From positions 12,400,001 to 12,464,000 of the forward strand of contig OZ024753.1 of assembly GCA_964016885.1 (NCBI GenBank): a stretch of 64,000 nucleotides of DNA, read 5' to 3'. Below the pieces are notes generated by a model. It saw only the letters and a list, made by a program, of their open reading frames with translations. It was not told where the DNA came from and did no database searches. Within the stretch, counting starts at the first letter, position 1; each line of letters begins with the position of its first letter. The DNA comes from Eledone cirrhosa. Taxonomy: Eukaryota. The position numbers were made by a program, and so were the translations under genes. Of this stretch, positions 1 to 12,593 are shown in pieces.

Positions 1-214
1 TAATTTTCATTTTAGCGAGTCTCGGAATAAATGGTGTTCATTAAACTCACTGGGTTTGGAAATAAAGAGAAGCATACCCTCCTCCTTCTTCTCTCTAAAT
101 ACCTGCTGTCATCGTTGTCACACCATCTCATTCCATATCATTTACCTGTTAAAACAGAATAGATTTGGATTTTTCTACGTTTACCGATCTGTTTTTTTTC
201 CTTCCGTATTTGTT

Positions 215-400
215 GGTGTCGTTGTTGTTGTTTTTTGTCGTTGTTGTGGTGGTTGTTGTTGTTGTTGTTGTTGTTCTCCTTCTCCTTCTTCTTCTCCTTC
301 TTCTTCTCCTTCTTCTTCTCCTTCTTCTTCTTGTGCTTCTTCTTCTTCTTGTGCTTCTTTTTTTGCTTCTTTTTCTTCTTCTGCTTCTTTTTCTTCGTTT
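215..400. repeat. (GTT)n/(CTT)n trinucleotide tract
   Basis: Direct reading. Confidence 0.9.
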
Positions 401-714
401 TCGTTTTCTTTTTTTCCTTCTAGACACATACACATACATATATATATATGTGCGCGCGCGCGTGTGTGTGAGTGTGTATGTATGTGTCTGTGCTTAGGTG
501 TACAGACGTGTCCTTTTTATGGAGAGGTCTTATGCTAAAGAGTTTGTACATTATGTCAATATGTACGAGTTTGTAGTTGTGTATTCATGATACAGAATGG
601 CGTGGCAAAGACATTTATTGGACATTGTGTTTATGACCGTTTATATGTGTGTCAGTGCATTCGTGTGTGTATTGGCGTATATAAATATATCTAACCACAT
701 CTCTCTCTCTCTCT

Positions 715-758
<44 letters not shown>

Positions 759-951
759 ACATGTGTGTGTATATATATAAATATATCTACATATGTATAT
801 CTATATATATATAACCAAAGATTAATATGGTTCATTGATTACTCAATGAATATAGTTTTACAATAGATAAAAAGCACTCTACAGTGAAGTTTGCTGAAGT
901 TATTAATGTTATTCAGAATATTAATAAATGAAGACATTCACATAATCAAAA

Positions 952-1020
952 TATATGTTTTATTATATATATTTCGAAGGTACTGTGCTGTTTTTTCAGT
1001 ACGTCCTCGTCAGATAAAAT
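952..1020 (-). ncRNA. Hammerhead ribozyme, family A (minus copy)
   Basis: Reverse complement reads TTTTAT-CTGACGA-stem II-GAAA-TATATATA-ATAAAA. Confidence 0.8.
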
Positions 1021-1160
1021 ACATGGATTGATGTATGACATACCTCAACGGTCTTGATGGTTCATTGGTAGTACTTGATGTTTCAATCCCAGTATAGGCA
1101 GTACTGCCAATACTGGAATTGAACCATCAAGACCGTTGAGGTATGTCGTACATCAGTTCA

Positions 1161-1233
1161 TATATTTTATCTGACGAGGACGTACTGAAAAAACCAGCAC
1201 AGTACCTTCGAAATATATATAATAAAACATATA
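1161..1233 (+). ncRNA. Hammerhead ribozyme, family A (plus copy)
   Basis: Stem I TTTTAT/ATAAAA; CTGACGA; stem II GGA-C-GTACTG/CAGTAC-C-TTC; GAAA; palindromic stem III ATATATAT; AUA site. Confidence 0.82.
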
Positions 1234-1271
1234 TTTTGATTATGTGAATGTCTTCATTTATTAATATTCTG

Positions 1272-1308
<37 letters not shown>

Positions 1309-1416
1309 AAAAAAAAATAAGACTTCAGTTGCATTTTCGATTTCATCCCTTTTTCTTTATACTTCCACTCGTGTAGGACACCTCGGTTATTTTTCATTTT
1401 GTAAAAAAAACCTCAC

Positions 1417-1463
<47 letters not shown>

Positions 1464-1629
1464 GTGTATGTGTTTGTGTCACATTCCCCAGTGACTAATG
1501 TGAATCGGTCACTGTGCACAACAAACCCAGTGACCTGACAGTAGTTGAGATCTATTGGCCACCCCAAACACCCATAATGCGCTTTAAAGAATGTCTCGAC
1601 AGCATTTAGTGCTTTATACAACTGTGCTA

Positions 1630-2190
1630 TTCTGATAACATACTTATGATGGGAAACTTTAATCTACCCTGTGTTGATTGATCTACAAACAGTTAGAAAC
1701 CAGGCACTCGCTCCTCAACCGCTGACAAAGAAGCAGTTGAGTCACTTGTCGATATTATCCTTCTCTTTACCAGTTTTGCCCACCTTGAATACTGTTATCC
1801 ACTGTGGTCTTCCAACACGAAACACATTATCATGAAAGCTGAAGCGACTCAAAGATCAATTACAAAGAATGACAGGCCAGGCCTTTGACTATTGGGGTCG
1901 ACTAGAAGAGCTCAAATTTTATCCTCACCAACGTCGCCGTGAGCGCTTCATCATCTGCATGATGTGGAAAACATTCCATCAGCATTGTCCAAATGATGTT
2001 GGCGTCACCTTTAAGGTACACTCAAGGCTTGGGCTCCGTTGTATCCGCTCACAACAAAAATTACACTCGCATCTCATAAAAAGCAATACGGCACAATTAT
2101 TTCACTTCAATTGGTCCCGCTCCCTTTAACATTACACTGAAACACATTAAAACAGAAACAGACCCCATAAAGTTCAAGTTCATGAATGTC
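1630..2190 (+). pseudogene. CR1-group LINE remnant (endonuclease piece joined to RT C-terminus)
   Basis: ILMMGNFNLPCVD* (GDFNLP-type motif), then FDYWGRLEELKFYPHQRRRERFIICMMWK. Confidence 0.75.
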
Positions 2191-2361
2191 GTTAATCTAT
2201 GATCATGAAGACCCTGATGTAGCCAGTCCAATCAGGAGTGCCTATGTCTGTCTCTCCTTCGCCCTCATTCAAATGGGTCCTGAAGGATGGTTTTAGACTG
2301 GGTTTCGATTCCGGATAAATGACTGTATCAGAGAAGATTACGTCATGTTACTATCGTAAGT

Positions 2362-2540
2362 AATTGTTTCTACTTTAGGCACAAGGCCAGCAAATCACCA
2401 GTACATTACTGGTACTTTATTTTATCGACCCCGTAAGGATGAAAGGCAAAGTTAACCTCGGCGGGATTTGAACTCAGACTGTAAAGGGACGTAACTATGC
2501 TAGAAAGCATGATGTCCAGCCCTCTACCAATACTGCCAAT
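2362..2540 (-). mobile_element. tRNA-derived SINE (Meta-domain-like)
   Basis: Box A-like TGGCAGTATTGG; box B GAGTTCAAATCC; GCCTTTCATCCTTACGGGGTCGATAAAATAAAGTACCAG; many copies in the window. Confidence 0.85.
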
Positions 2541-2559
2541 AGTAAATAATGTTTCCTGT

Positions 2560-3320
2560 CTCTTTCGATTTTGTTGTCTTGCTTTACAAAGTAGTTTGTG
2601 CTCTGTGTACGGGATGGGTATCATCCTTCTAATGCACTTGTGTCCTATGTAGGGGATACGTAGCAGCCTTATAAAGCAATTGTGCTCGATTGCTTCGATT
2701 CTTCGTTCCATTTATGCTGTAAGAGTTCAGCTATCACATCTATACAGAAGGATCGGATCACCAAGGTGTAGTAAATTTCAGACATGTTGGAAAATTAATG
2801 GAGTTTCTATTCTATTAATGTTCAGCTTCGTCATGGCAGAAGAGACATGGTCGAGTCCTGTCAATATTTCCGTTCTTGGTCAAAATATATCATAGGAACT
2901 TGAAGGTAGCCATTTCTTTAAGTTTTCGTCCGTTCAACATGGAGTTAGTTACTGCATTCTGGATATGGACTTTTCCGAGCTAAACTTCGGTCCGTATCTT
3001 CCTGACACCTTTTTCCATTCAATGGGTGAGTTCAAGGTGCTCTGTTTAACTGTTTCCTATCAGGTCAATATCATTACCAAGGCGCAGGAACAAAATATGA
3101 CCCGGGAACCTTGTTTTCTCCGTTCCTTTCTTCTTCTTGTCCCCAATACATCTTCAGCAGTTTTATGAGGTGTTCACATAATGTTGTCTCTCAGTAAGAA
3201 TATATCTTCTAGATTTAGTGCTGCAAATCCGTTGTTGGTGGTTACATTCAAGAAGTTCGGGATAAGATGTCTTTGGTCAACTTAATTCTTGTCAAATGTG
3301 CTAGCCATTCCTCCATCTAC
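2560..3320 (-). pseudogene. Degenerate RTE-like LINE fragment
   Basis: RRIEAIEHNCFIRLLRIPY resembles the RTE post-RT region; multiple stops. Confidence 0.55.
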
Positions 3321-3365
3321 CGATATATTCTATTTCAAGATATAATGATAGAATAGATATATGTT

Positions 3366-3700
3366 CTAGGGCGGGTAAAATTCCCGAGATCCATGGACGA
3401 GTTCTCTCCAACGGTCTCTGTCCCTCATTATCGCTGCCATGTCCTGCGTTTCCAACAGACCAGTGTCTGTCCTTAGGGCATCAACATACGTTAACCTTGG
3501 TCTTCCTCTTCCAGTTTGTCCATGTAGGGGCTCCCACAGGAGCAATGAGTGCAATGTCAACTCTGGATGTCGGTGAGCATGCCCAGCTAACCTCAGTCTC
3601 CTCTGTGTCACTTTTGAGCTGACTTTTGGGAGGCTCCCGTACAGCTCTGAGTTGTTCATCCTCAGTGTATACTGATTAATGTTCAGAGCCATCCTCAGAT
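3366..3700 (-). pseudogene. RTE-clade LINE 3' end
   Basis: NSELYG...RRLRLAGHAHRH...LLWEP...GRGRPRLTYVD...DRDRWR. Confidence 0.85.
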
Positions 3701-5429
3701 ATATGTATGTGCTAAATTGTAATACTTCTTCCATGCGATTCTCAGAATGGATAACCATTAATCAGATTTCTAAATGGCTTTGCTAAATGATAATGCAATA
3801 TCTAATTAGAAGTAGCATAAAATTGATTTAGTTGAAACTAAATATTGAGTGAAAATATTAATGTATAATGTTCACTAGTAGGTCTTGTTTGAGTATTGGT
3901 TTATGTAAATATATTCTTAAGCATTCGTTATCAATATCCATATAGTAATATTTAGTATATACATGCTTGTGTGTGTTTATATACGTGAGGAATCATGAAT
4001 ATGCTTCAGTAATTAAAAGTGTATAAATGTTTATCTGAAGGAGTACGTAGATCGGTTCTAGTACATTCATGTTTATGTATTTAAGCCAAAACAAAAGTGA
4101 CAAAAACAAACAAATTCTTAAATACATGGAGATGTTTTAGTATTAACCCGAAGCCAAGTATTTTAATTCTTTGACGCCGAATTTTTACAATTCATGCATA
4201 TGCATAGGGTAAACTTATAAATGCGCACACGCGCACACACACACATATATATATATATATACATGTATAAATGCATGTGTGTACATGCATTTATACATGT
4301 ATATATATATATATATTATATATATTATTTATATATTATATATATATATTATTTATATATTATATATATATTATTAATAAATACATATATTTTTTATTAA
4401 TACATATATATTATTAATAAATATATATATTTATAGATGCATTTATAGATATATTTATATATGTATATATATTTATAGATATACATATATATATATTTAT
4501 AGATGCATGTGTGTATGTATGTATATATACATACACACATATATTTATAGATGTATGTGTGTGTCTGTGTATATATATAGTAAATACACATATATATATT
4601 TATAGATGTATGCGTGTATATATATATATATATATATATAAACACACATATACACAATCACACACACATATATATAAATACACAAATATATATATGTATA
4701 GATGTATGCGTGTATGTATATATATATATATAAATACACATATGTATAGAGGTGTCCATATATATACATATATATATATGCATGTGTGTGAGTGTTTCTC
4801 AACGTATCTTGATTTATGCGCATAATTAAATAAAATTCTGGCTCCGTTATTATAAACTTTTACACAGAGGAACAAACAAGTATTTTCTGTTTCCTTAGCA
4901 CATTATATTTCTCCCCTCCGGCAATGACTTAGAAATGTGATTGCAGACAAAATATAGACACAATCTAAAGAATGTTTACAGGGAATATATTCTAAACACA
5001 CAAATAAATATAGAAGCTGAAAACAACAAACCGTGTATTTAAGGAAAGATTTATTAAACAACGAACGCATTATGAAATCGCACACAGTAACTAGATATGT
5101 TGGAAGCATTAGTTGTTAGTGTGGCTTCTGGCTATAAGCTAGCGTCAAATGATGCCAATAACTTTAAAAAATACTACTTGGCGAATATCTTTATGACATT
5201 CGACAGGCAATTTAAGGGGGAGAGAACTATGTTTATGCAGATTCTCAAGGGATGGAGAGCTGCTGTCATTGTATTCTACTGACTCAGAGTTTTATATGTT
5301 TAATTAGTCGAAGATTTTAAGACTAAAAGCCTGTCTTGAGTCAGTTACCTTTCTGCTAATATACATGGGAACTATTTTTCGAATTCCTCCCCCGCATGTC
5401 CCTTCAATCTTCCAAATTTCTCAGTCTTT

Positions 5430-5467
5430 TTTTTCTGATGAAGGACTAGAGTCCGAAACATTATGAC
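5430..5467 (+). ncRNA. Hammerhead ribozyme, family E (degenerate)
   Basis: CTGATGA-A-GGAC-taga-GTCC-GAAAC; flanks homologous to about 49890-50035 on the minus strand. Confidence 0.65.
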
Positions 5468-5556
5468 CTTCTTCCTGCTATTTCAAGCGTTTACCTAATA
5501 TATTCCTTCCGTGTGTTTTTATTTCTGTTTACATTTTACACACACACGCGCGCACA

Positions 5557-5594
<38 letters not shown>

Positions 5595-5735
5595 TATAAT
5601 TCACCGTGTTATTTATACATTCAAGGAACGAGCAGTTTTATAGTCTTTTTTTTCGAAAGGCATGCATTTCCCATTATCAGAACCTATTTGTAGTGCCTTT
5701 AATCACCTTAATCTTTATCCATAAATGCTATATAA

Positions 5736-5768
<33 letters not shown>

Positions 5769-7006
5769 GACACACACATACAGAGAAAGAGAGAGACGGA
5801 AGAGAGAGAGAGAGAGGTGGGGGGGGGGGCGTCAAGGGTGTAAGAGAAATTAGGGTGAAAGTAAGAAAACTTGGAGTAGAAAGAAAAAAATGTTTATTTT
5901 TCTACAACTTATAATAATAATATTGGGTCTCAACTGAAAGCCTGTGTGACTGACGTTAGCATAATTGCATTGCAAATAAATCCGGCATTACATCCAACAT
6001 GCACCATAAGCGAAACAACATTTCGCTGCACTTATGCAGAATATAATCATAATATAAACACCAAGAGGAAAACGCTCGATAAAAGCACTATCTGACAAAT
6101 TAGTTCTTAGGAATATGTTCTCTATATCAATCAAACTGATTATTCGAAATAATATGACAACTGGAAATCATCTTCAAAAGACATATCGACGTTGTCATCA
6201 CTTTTGAGACGATAACTGTCCAGCTGAGTAAAACCACCTGTGATATTTCACTAAACCTATATATAATGTTACGTTAAAATCAATAAGGGAACTTAAAACC
6301 TAACACCGATTATCTATCAGATCAACACAACGATATATCACACTGCAAAAGGCATTGATTGCCTACTTATTATAGACATCTCAGCTAATTTACACAGTCA
6401 CTTTCAGCAGAAAATCTTTGAAATGCTATCCATATGACCTCAGCTATGCTCTCATTTATTGAAGATGTGGTTTCTTCCACTGCACAATAATCTACTCAAT
6501 CACTGATATGGCGTATATCTAAGCTTTCCACAAAAGGAAACTTATGAGGAATCTATATATAAGGCCACTAGCGGGCTATATATTTTCTATTCTTTTATCA
6601 TATGTCTATGTACGAGGAGGAAGGGCAATCCTTCAATCCTTCAAACTACTTACGGGACGGGACATCTTGGGAAAATAGAAGCAAGAAACCCCCAGAAAAT
6701 GCATCAGAGTCAAAGCTTGAAAGAAAGCAGAATAGGTGATACACCATTAAATATATTCAAAAGTGAGATAGCAGAATTTAGAGTTTCAGCTATCTCCTGA
6801 TAGAACATGTATTGCAAATGTTCCTATAATGACCATTCTGTCTCTTCCATTTCGAACAAATAAAACTGCAAATGTAGTTTCCATTGAAAATATATTATGT
6901 ATTATTACGAATGTTGCTTAATTAATGCTTTGTACAACATATTTTACTGTTTTTGACAATTTATTTGTCTTTACGTTCGAACATATATATATATAAATAT
7001 ATACAC

Positions 7007-7080
<74 letters not shown>

Positions 7081-7097
7081 TTATTGTTATGCTTTGG

Positions 7098-7267
7098 CAG
7101 GGTTATGTTGCCAATAAGAAACACACGCACCAGTTATTTCACTCTAATTTATTATAAATTGGAGTGAAATATACGGGTGCGTGTGTTTCTTATTGGCAAC
7201 ATGACCCTCAATATCGCTTTCAACACACGTTTTCAGATAAAGAATCTTGCTAAACAAATTCAGAAAT

Positions 7268-7268
<1 letters not shown>
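7098..7268. repeat. Collapsed family D hairpin (no HHR)
   Basis: About 7098-7208 is a hairpin matching the outer arms of 53178-53649; the tail matches about 53108-53170 in reverse complement. Confidence 0.75.
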
Positions 7269-7301
<33 letters not shown>

Positions 7302-7428
7302 AAGTTTTATTTAAATTGTTGGGTTAACAACGAGTAAATATTTATAACTGATATAAAAGCACTCAACAAGTATTTGGAGTATATTTACGATATTAAATAA
7401 ATGGAAACTATATTTATAAAACCATATT

Positions 7429-7494
7429 TATTTCATTATATATATTTCAGGGATATCATATTAAAAATATGTTATGCCTTCTTCAGACAAAATA
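7429..7494 (-). ncRNA. Hammerhead ribozyme, family B (3' arm of the PLE, ORF sense)
   Basis: TATTTTGT-CTGAAGA-AGG-C-ATA...TAT-C-CCT-GAAA-TATATATA-ATGAAATA. Confidence 0.82.
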
Positions 7495-7758
7495 CAATAT
7501 AAACAGTCTTATAAATAGATAGATTCGACATACCTTTCAACTTCGACTTCTATTTGAAAAGTTGATTTGGTAGTGGAAAAAATATTAGGGACAGTTATAA
7601 AAAGAAAGAAAGAAAAACGAAGAAAAAGAAGAAATGCATGCAACTAAATAGAGAGAGAGAGATATATAGAGAGAAGAAATTCATGTAAAGAAACAGAGAG
7701 AGATATATAGAGAGAGGAAAAAACACAGAGGGAGATAGAGAGAGAGAGAGAGAGAGAG

Positions 7759-7816
<58 letters not shown>

Positions 7817-8914
7817 TATAGAGAGATAGATATAGATAGAGATAGAGAGAAAGAAAATAGGTAGTTGTGCACCAGTTGAATGACGTATCAATGATATATT
7901 TATTTATTTATTTAGCTCTAGTATTAATGTAGAGAGAGATATATGTGGTTAAGAGAGAAAACAGCCGTTACATAGAGAGAAAAGAAAAGAAAAACATCCA
8001 GACAAAAACGAGGCAGATTTAAAACACTATGTTTCATCAATGTAAAAAATACCAATTCGTATAAAACAGGCATTATAATGTAAATATCAGTAGTCATGAA
8101 TGAGACACGTATCAATAATGTGTGAAAAATAATGATCATATGTCTAGTTTAAAATTCATAGGTTTATATTAGAGTTGAGATAAAATAGAAGGTTATCCCA
8201 GATTTTATACTATATACATCCATGTGAATTTACGTGATCAGCTCTGCAAATTCCTATTTCGCACGAAAACATTCTCATTGTGCTATAAAAATTCTAGTAT
8301 ACATATATGTGTACATACACACAAATATATATAGAGTCTACATTAATTTTAACAATACTATTCATGTCTTTACTCTACATGATTATCGTTCAAGTATAAA
8401 TAGAGAACAGATATCAATATATCAATAAAAATAAAAATATCAGAAACAAAAAGTAAATAAAAAACAAAAAAATCAAAAAAATATCAACAAAATACAAAAA
8501 AATACAAAAAAATATTAAAAATAAAAATATTAAAAATATTAAAAATATTAAAATAAAAATAAAAATAAAACATAGTATGCCCCGCAAATCAACCACAGAG
8601 ATCAACCCTTCAAAGTTAATTGACAATATATTGCCAAGTTCGTTATAAGCATCAGAATCACAAGCAAACAAAACCCAAAATTATTTACCAAATCCTGTCC
8701 AGCAGAAAACATTCCAAAAGTTTAGGATACCCATTTGACCTACAGATGGTCTTATATTTAATATAGAAGTTTATCTAGTGTAAAATTTATTCGATATATT
8801 TGGAGCATCAGCTTTTAGGGTAGTTTAATTATTCATGAAGAATGTTTAAAATAAAAAGGAATCGAAAGATTTATCGGCGAGTTTCATAAATAATTATAAA
8901 TCAAATTAAATATA

Positions 8915-9583
8915 CTACATTTTAAATTTATATTTATATTTAAAAGTTGAGTTCAAACTATGTCTGCAGCAACTGAATAAATTTGTCCGTAAATTAAGGG
9001 AATTTTTAGATTTTAGTATAAAGAATATCTCCTCCGCGCAGAGGTCACATGTCTCAGAGGATGAATTAAAAGGAATCCCTCTTGAGACTATATTCCAAGC
9101 CGTTGAATATCCAACGTTATCATGCCTAAGTTGCCAGAGTAGGCCTGATAGTGATGTTGAGGATTTTTTGCTTGGATCTGTAAAAGAATTCTTGTGGTTA
9201 TTATAGCGAAGTTTAAATTCTGTTGAGGTGGAACCAACATAGTTAAAAGAATTTAAGTCCGTTTTAACATTACAGTTGTATATTATATTTTTAACTAAGC
9301 AATTGTTATTTAACGGACATTTAGATCTATCTCTACAGTTACATTTGTTAACTTGGATATTATTTATGCTATTATCGGTATTTTGGCTAGGTTTTAAATT
9401 CCTATTATTTATTCTATTAATATTTTGTGCTAAATTTTTGGTGGATGAGTAGGTTAATTTTATAGTATGTCTATTGAAAATTGAGTGATACCTATGTGTT
9501 CTAGGGAAGCGATTATCAAGAGCATTAAAAAATAGTTTAGCGATGTGGGTTTTAATGTTTAGTGAGAAAGGGGGGGGGGGCAA
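8915..9583 (-). CDS. Penelope-like element linker plus GIY-YIG endonuclease, frameshifted from RT at a C11 run
   Basis: CNCRDRSKCPLNNNC, IIY...YVGST (GIY-YIG), FKLRYNNH, CDLCAEE and CRH motifs. Confidence 0.92.
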   Translation of the reverse strand: MPPPPFSLNIKTHIAKLFFNALDNRFPRTHRYHSIFNRHTIKLTYSSTKNLAQNINRINNRNLKPSQNTDNSINNIQVNKCNCRDRSKCPLNNNCLVKNIIYNCNVKTDLNSFNYVGSTSTEFKLRYNNHKNSFTDPSKKSSTSLSGLLWQLRHDNVGYSTAWNIVSRGIPFNSSSETCDLCAEEIFFILKSKNSLNLRTNLFSCCRHSLNSTFKYKYKFKM

Positions 9584-10580
9584 ACCATATTATATTCCTA
9601 GTTCTATTTCTTTTTTGGCTTTTGGAATTATTGTAATGCTTTCTATTATAGTTGTTAAAGTTGTTGCCGTAATTAAAATTGTTGTTATTTTGGTTAGTTT
9701 GTCTATTATTATCTATGTACATAATTTTATCACTATATCCTGTTCTAGCTAACGCTTCATTGTAATACTGGGTTTTTTCGTCGAAAATCTTTTTATTAGA
9801 TGAGATTCTAGAGATACGATTTTGAACAGAGTTTACTATAGTATTTTTAACAGATCTGGGGTGGTTAGAGTTAAAGCTGACATAGTTTAAGTTTTCATTC
9901 AACTTGTGAAATGGATAGTGAAGACATGTGTTGAGATTTAATGTTACATCTAGGAAATTGACTATTCTATGGTTATTCTCAATTTCTATTTTTAGATTAA
10001 AGTAATTAAAAAATTGTGTAATTTGTTTTCTTTTTCTATTTAGTTCAGAGTTATTATTTTCAATAAGTAAAAGCATGTCATCTCTATATAAACCTCCGGT
10101 AGCACCGGGTATTTTCCTATGCAGCGAATTGATTAAAAATAGGCCCACAAGGTCAGTTACCTGAGCTGAGTCGGATGATCCCATAGTAATGTCGAAATTG
10201 TTATCTCTATCTGCTCTGGTCCATAGTTGGTCATTAAATTCTATCAATGTTTTCCTAGCCGATAATATAATGTGCATTTCATTGCTAGTTAAGTCTGTAT
10301 GTTTGAATGCGTAATTTAGTGCCTTATTTAGTAGATTAGGGGTAATAGATGAATAATAGTTAGCGATATCTAGTTGAGTAAACTTATTATTATTGTTATA
10401 TTTAATTTCTTTAAACCACTCAACAACCTCTCCAGTCCCCTTCCACAAGCTCAAGTTAGGTACACAATTCAAGTTTTTAATTTGCCGTATCACCCTGTCT
10501 AGAATGTTTTTGCTTAGTTTACCCAGGTCCGATTTTGATGGTGCAATCAATCTGACTGGCAGGTCATTTTCAAAATTACT
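9552..10580 (-). CDS. Penelope-like element reverse transcriptase, 5'-truncated
   Basis: In-frame SNFENDLPVRLIAPSKSDLGKLSK, QLDIANYYSSI, ITMGSSDSAQ, GLYRDD, VNFLDVTL, SNHP and RNIIWFAPP are PLE RT motifs. PLE-like coding begins at the junction with the inverted arm (10580), upstream of the called start. Confidence 0.93.
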   Translation of the reverse strand, partial: SNFENDLPVRLIAPSKSDLGKLSKNILDRVIRQIKNLNCVPNLSLWKGTGEVVEWFKEIKYNNNNKFTQLDIANYYSSITPNLLNKALNYAFKHTDLTSNEMHIILSARKTLIEFNDQLWTRADRDNNFDITMGSSDSAQVTDLVGLFLINSLHRKIPGATGGLYRDDMLLLIENNNSELNRKRKQITQFFNYFNLKIEIENNHRIVNFLDVTLNLNTCLHYPFHKLNENLNYVSFNSNHPRSVKNTIVNSVQNRISRISSNKKIFDEKTQYYNEALARTGYSDKIMYIDNNRQTNQNNNNFNYGNNFNNYNRKHYNNSKSQKRNRTRNIIWFAPPPFLTKH

Positions 10581-11036
10581 GTTTTCGTGTGAAATAGGAA
10601 TTTGCAGAGCTGATCACGTAAATTCACATGGATGTATATAGTATAAAATCTGGGATAACCTTCTATTTTATCTCAACTCTAATATAAACCTATGAATTTT
10701 AAACTAGACATATGATCATTATTTTTCACGCATTATTGATACGTGTCTCCTTCATGAATACTGATATTTACATTATAATGCCTGTTTTATACGAATTGGT
10801 ATTTTTTACATTGATGAAACATAGTGTTTTAAATCTGCCTTGTTTTTGTCTGGATGTTTTTCTTTTCTTTTCTCTCTATGTAACGGCTGTTTTCTCTCTT
10901 AACCACATATATCTCTCTCTACATTAATACTAGAGCTAAATAAATAAATAAATAAATAAATATATCATTGATACGTCATTCAACTGGTGCACAACTACCT
11001 ATTTTCTTTCTCTCTATCTATATCTATCTCTCTATA

Positions 11037-11071
<35 letters not shown>

Positions 11072-11338
11072 CTTCTCTCTTTCTCTCTCTCTATCTATCT
11101 CCCTCTGTGTTTTTTCCTCTCTCTATATATCTCTCTCTGTTTCTTTACATGAATTTCTTCTCTCTATATATCTCTCTCTCTCTATTTAGTTGCATGCATT
11201 TCTTCTTTTTCTTCGTTTTTCTTTCTTTCTTTTTATAACTGTCCCTAATATTTTTTCCACTACCAAATCAACTTTTCAAATAGAAGTCGAAGTTGAAAGG
11301 TATGTCGAATCTATCTATTTATAAGACTGTTTATATTG

Positions 11339-11404
11339 TATTTTGTCTGAAGAAGGCATAACATATTTTTAATATGATATCCCTGAAATATATATAATGA
11401 AATA
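11339..11404 (+). ncRNA. Hammerhead ribozyme, family B (inverted arm of the PLE)
   Basis: Reverse-complement copy of 7429-7494. Confidence 0.82.
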
Positions 11405-11444
11405 AATATGGTTTTATAAATATAGTTTCCATTTATTTAATATC

Positions 11445-11492
<48 letters not shown>

Positions 11493-11529
11493 GAGTGTCT
11501 AACATAATAGCACCACCTGGCAAATATAT

Positions 11530-11605
<76 letters not shown>

Positions 11606-11756
11606 ACATGTGAGTAACAACACTCACTTTTTACCCTTAATATAATGAGTAATTACATATATAAGAAAAAAACGAGGAAGTTTGGTTTACATGTATTAGA
11701 TTTTAGTGTATCGACCACCACCAGTAGTTCACTGAATCATGTATGGATATATACAT

Positions 11757-11804
<48 letters not shown>

Positions 11805-11839
11805 AATACATGAAACAAAGTTCTGTTTAAATCATTTAT

Positions 11840-11888
11840 CTGCTTACAATTGTTTCTTCCAAACCGAGGTTTGGTGTCTTCGGAGCAG
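11840..11888 (-). ncRNA. Variant hammerhead (CCGAAGA core), family H
   Basis: CTGCT-CCGAAGA-...CCAAAC-ctcg-GTTTGG...-GAA-ACAATTGT-A-AGCAG. Confidence 0.65.
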
Positions 11889-11931
11889 TTATTCAGTGAT
11901 TTTTATACATAAACATAAATAGTATCCTTAA

Positions 11932-11970
<39 letters not shown>

Positions 11971-12461
11971 TATATATATATATATATATATATGCATCTC
12001 AGAGACGGGGGACCAAGGTGGTAGCATGCTACTACGTCCGTCTCTGGGTCAAAGAACATACACACACACTTTTCCCTCTCTGTCTTTTCTTTGCTTGTTT
12101 CCTTTAAGTTTACCATCATTACGTTGGTATACATCTATTACGCAATTTACACCTGGTGAGGACACCGGGTTCTTACAAAACCTGGCCACTGAAATGTGCA
12201 TAGTGTTTGCAGAAATAATAAATTCAGGGAAGTCAACATATTTGGCCTTCTGTCATTTCACTTTATAATACAGTTACTCCATTTCCCGCACCACCCATAT
12301 GGTTCAACATCAAAGATGGATGTGTTGCATATGTCGAGTACTTTTCTCCTATTACATCATGATTAACATTGCGAAATGCCCAATTATACCCAGTGGTAAA
12401 CCACCAAATGTAAACGTGCACACACAAACAATCACACGCACACTCACATACCCACGCGCGC

Positions 12462-12593
<132 letters not shown>

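Larger units (their letters stand above)
910..1275. repeat. Inverted-repeat element carrying two HHRs
   Basis: Arms about 910-1064 and 1120-1275 are near-identical reverse complements; (TA)n follows. Confidence 0.9.
7298..11447 (-). mobile_element. Penelope-like retroelement with inverted terminal arms, inserted in (TA)n
   Basis: RT+GIY-YIG ORFs; 7386-8270 is the reverse complement of 10581-11447; (TA)n on both flanks; one HHR in each arm. Confidence 0.9.

Noticed and set aside
56-538. Overlapping ORFs with homopolymeric amino-acid runs
   Set aside because: Products of (GTT)n/(CTT)n repeats.
5920-6760. Possible decayed LINE coding sequence (also about 31860-32400 and 52250-52450)
   Set aside because: No motif could be recognised with confidence by eye; needs a translated search.
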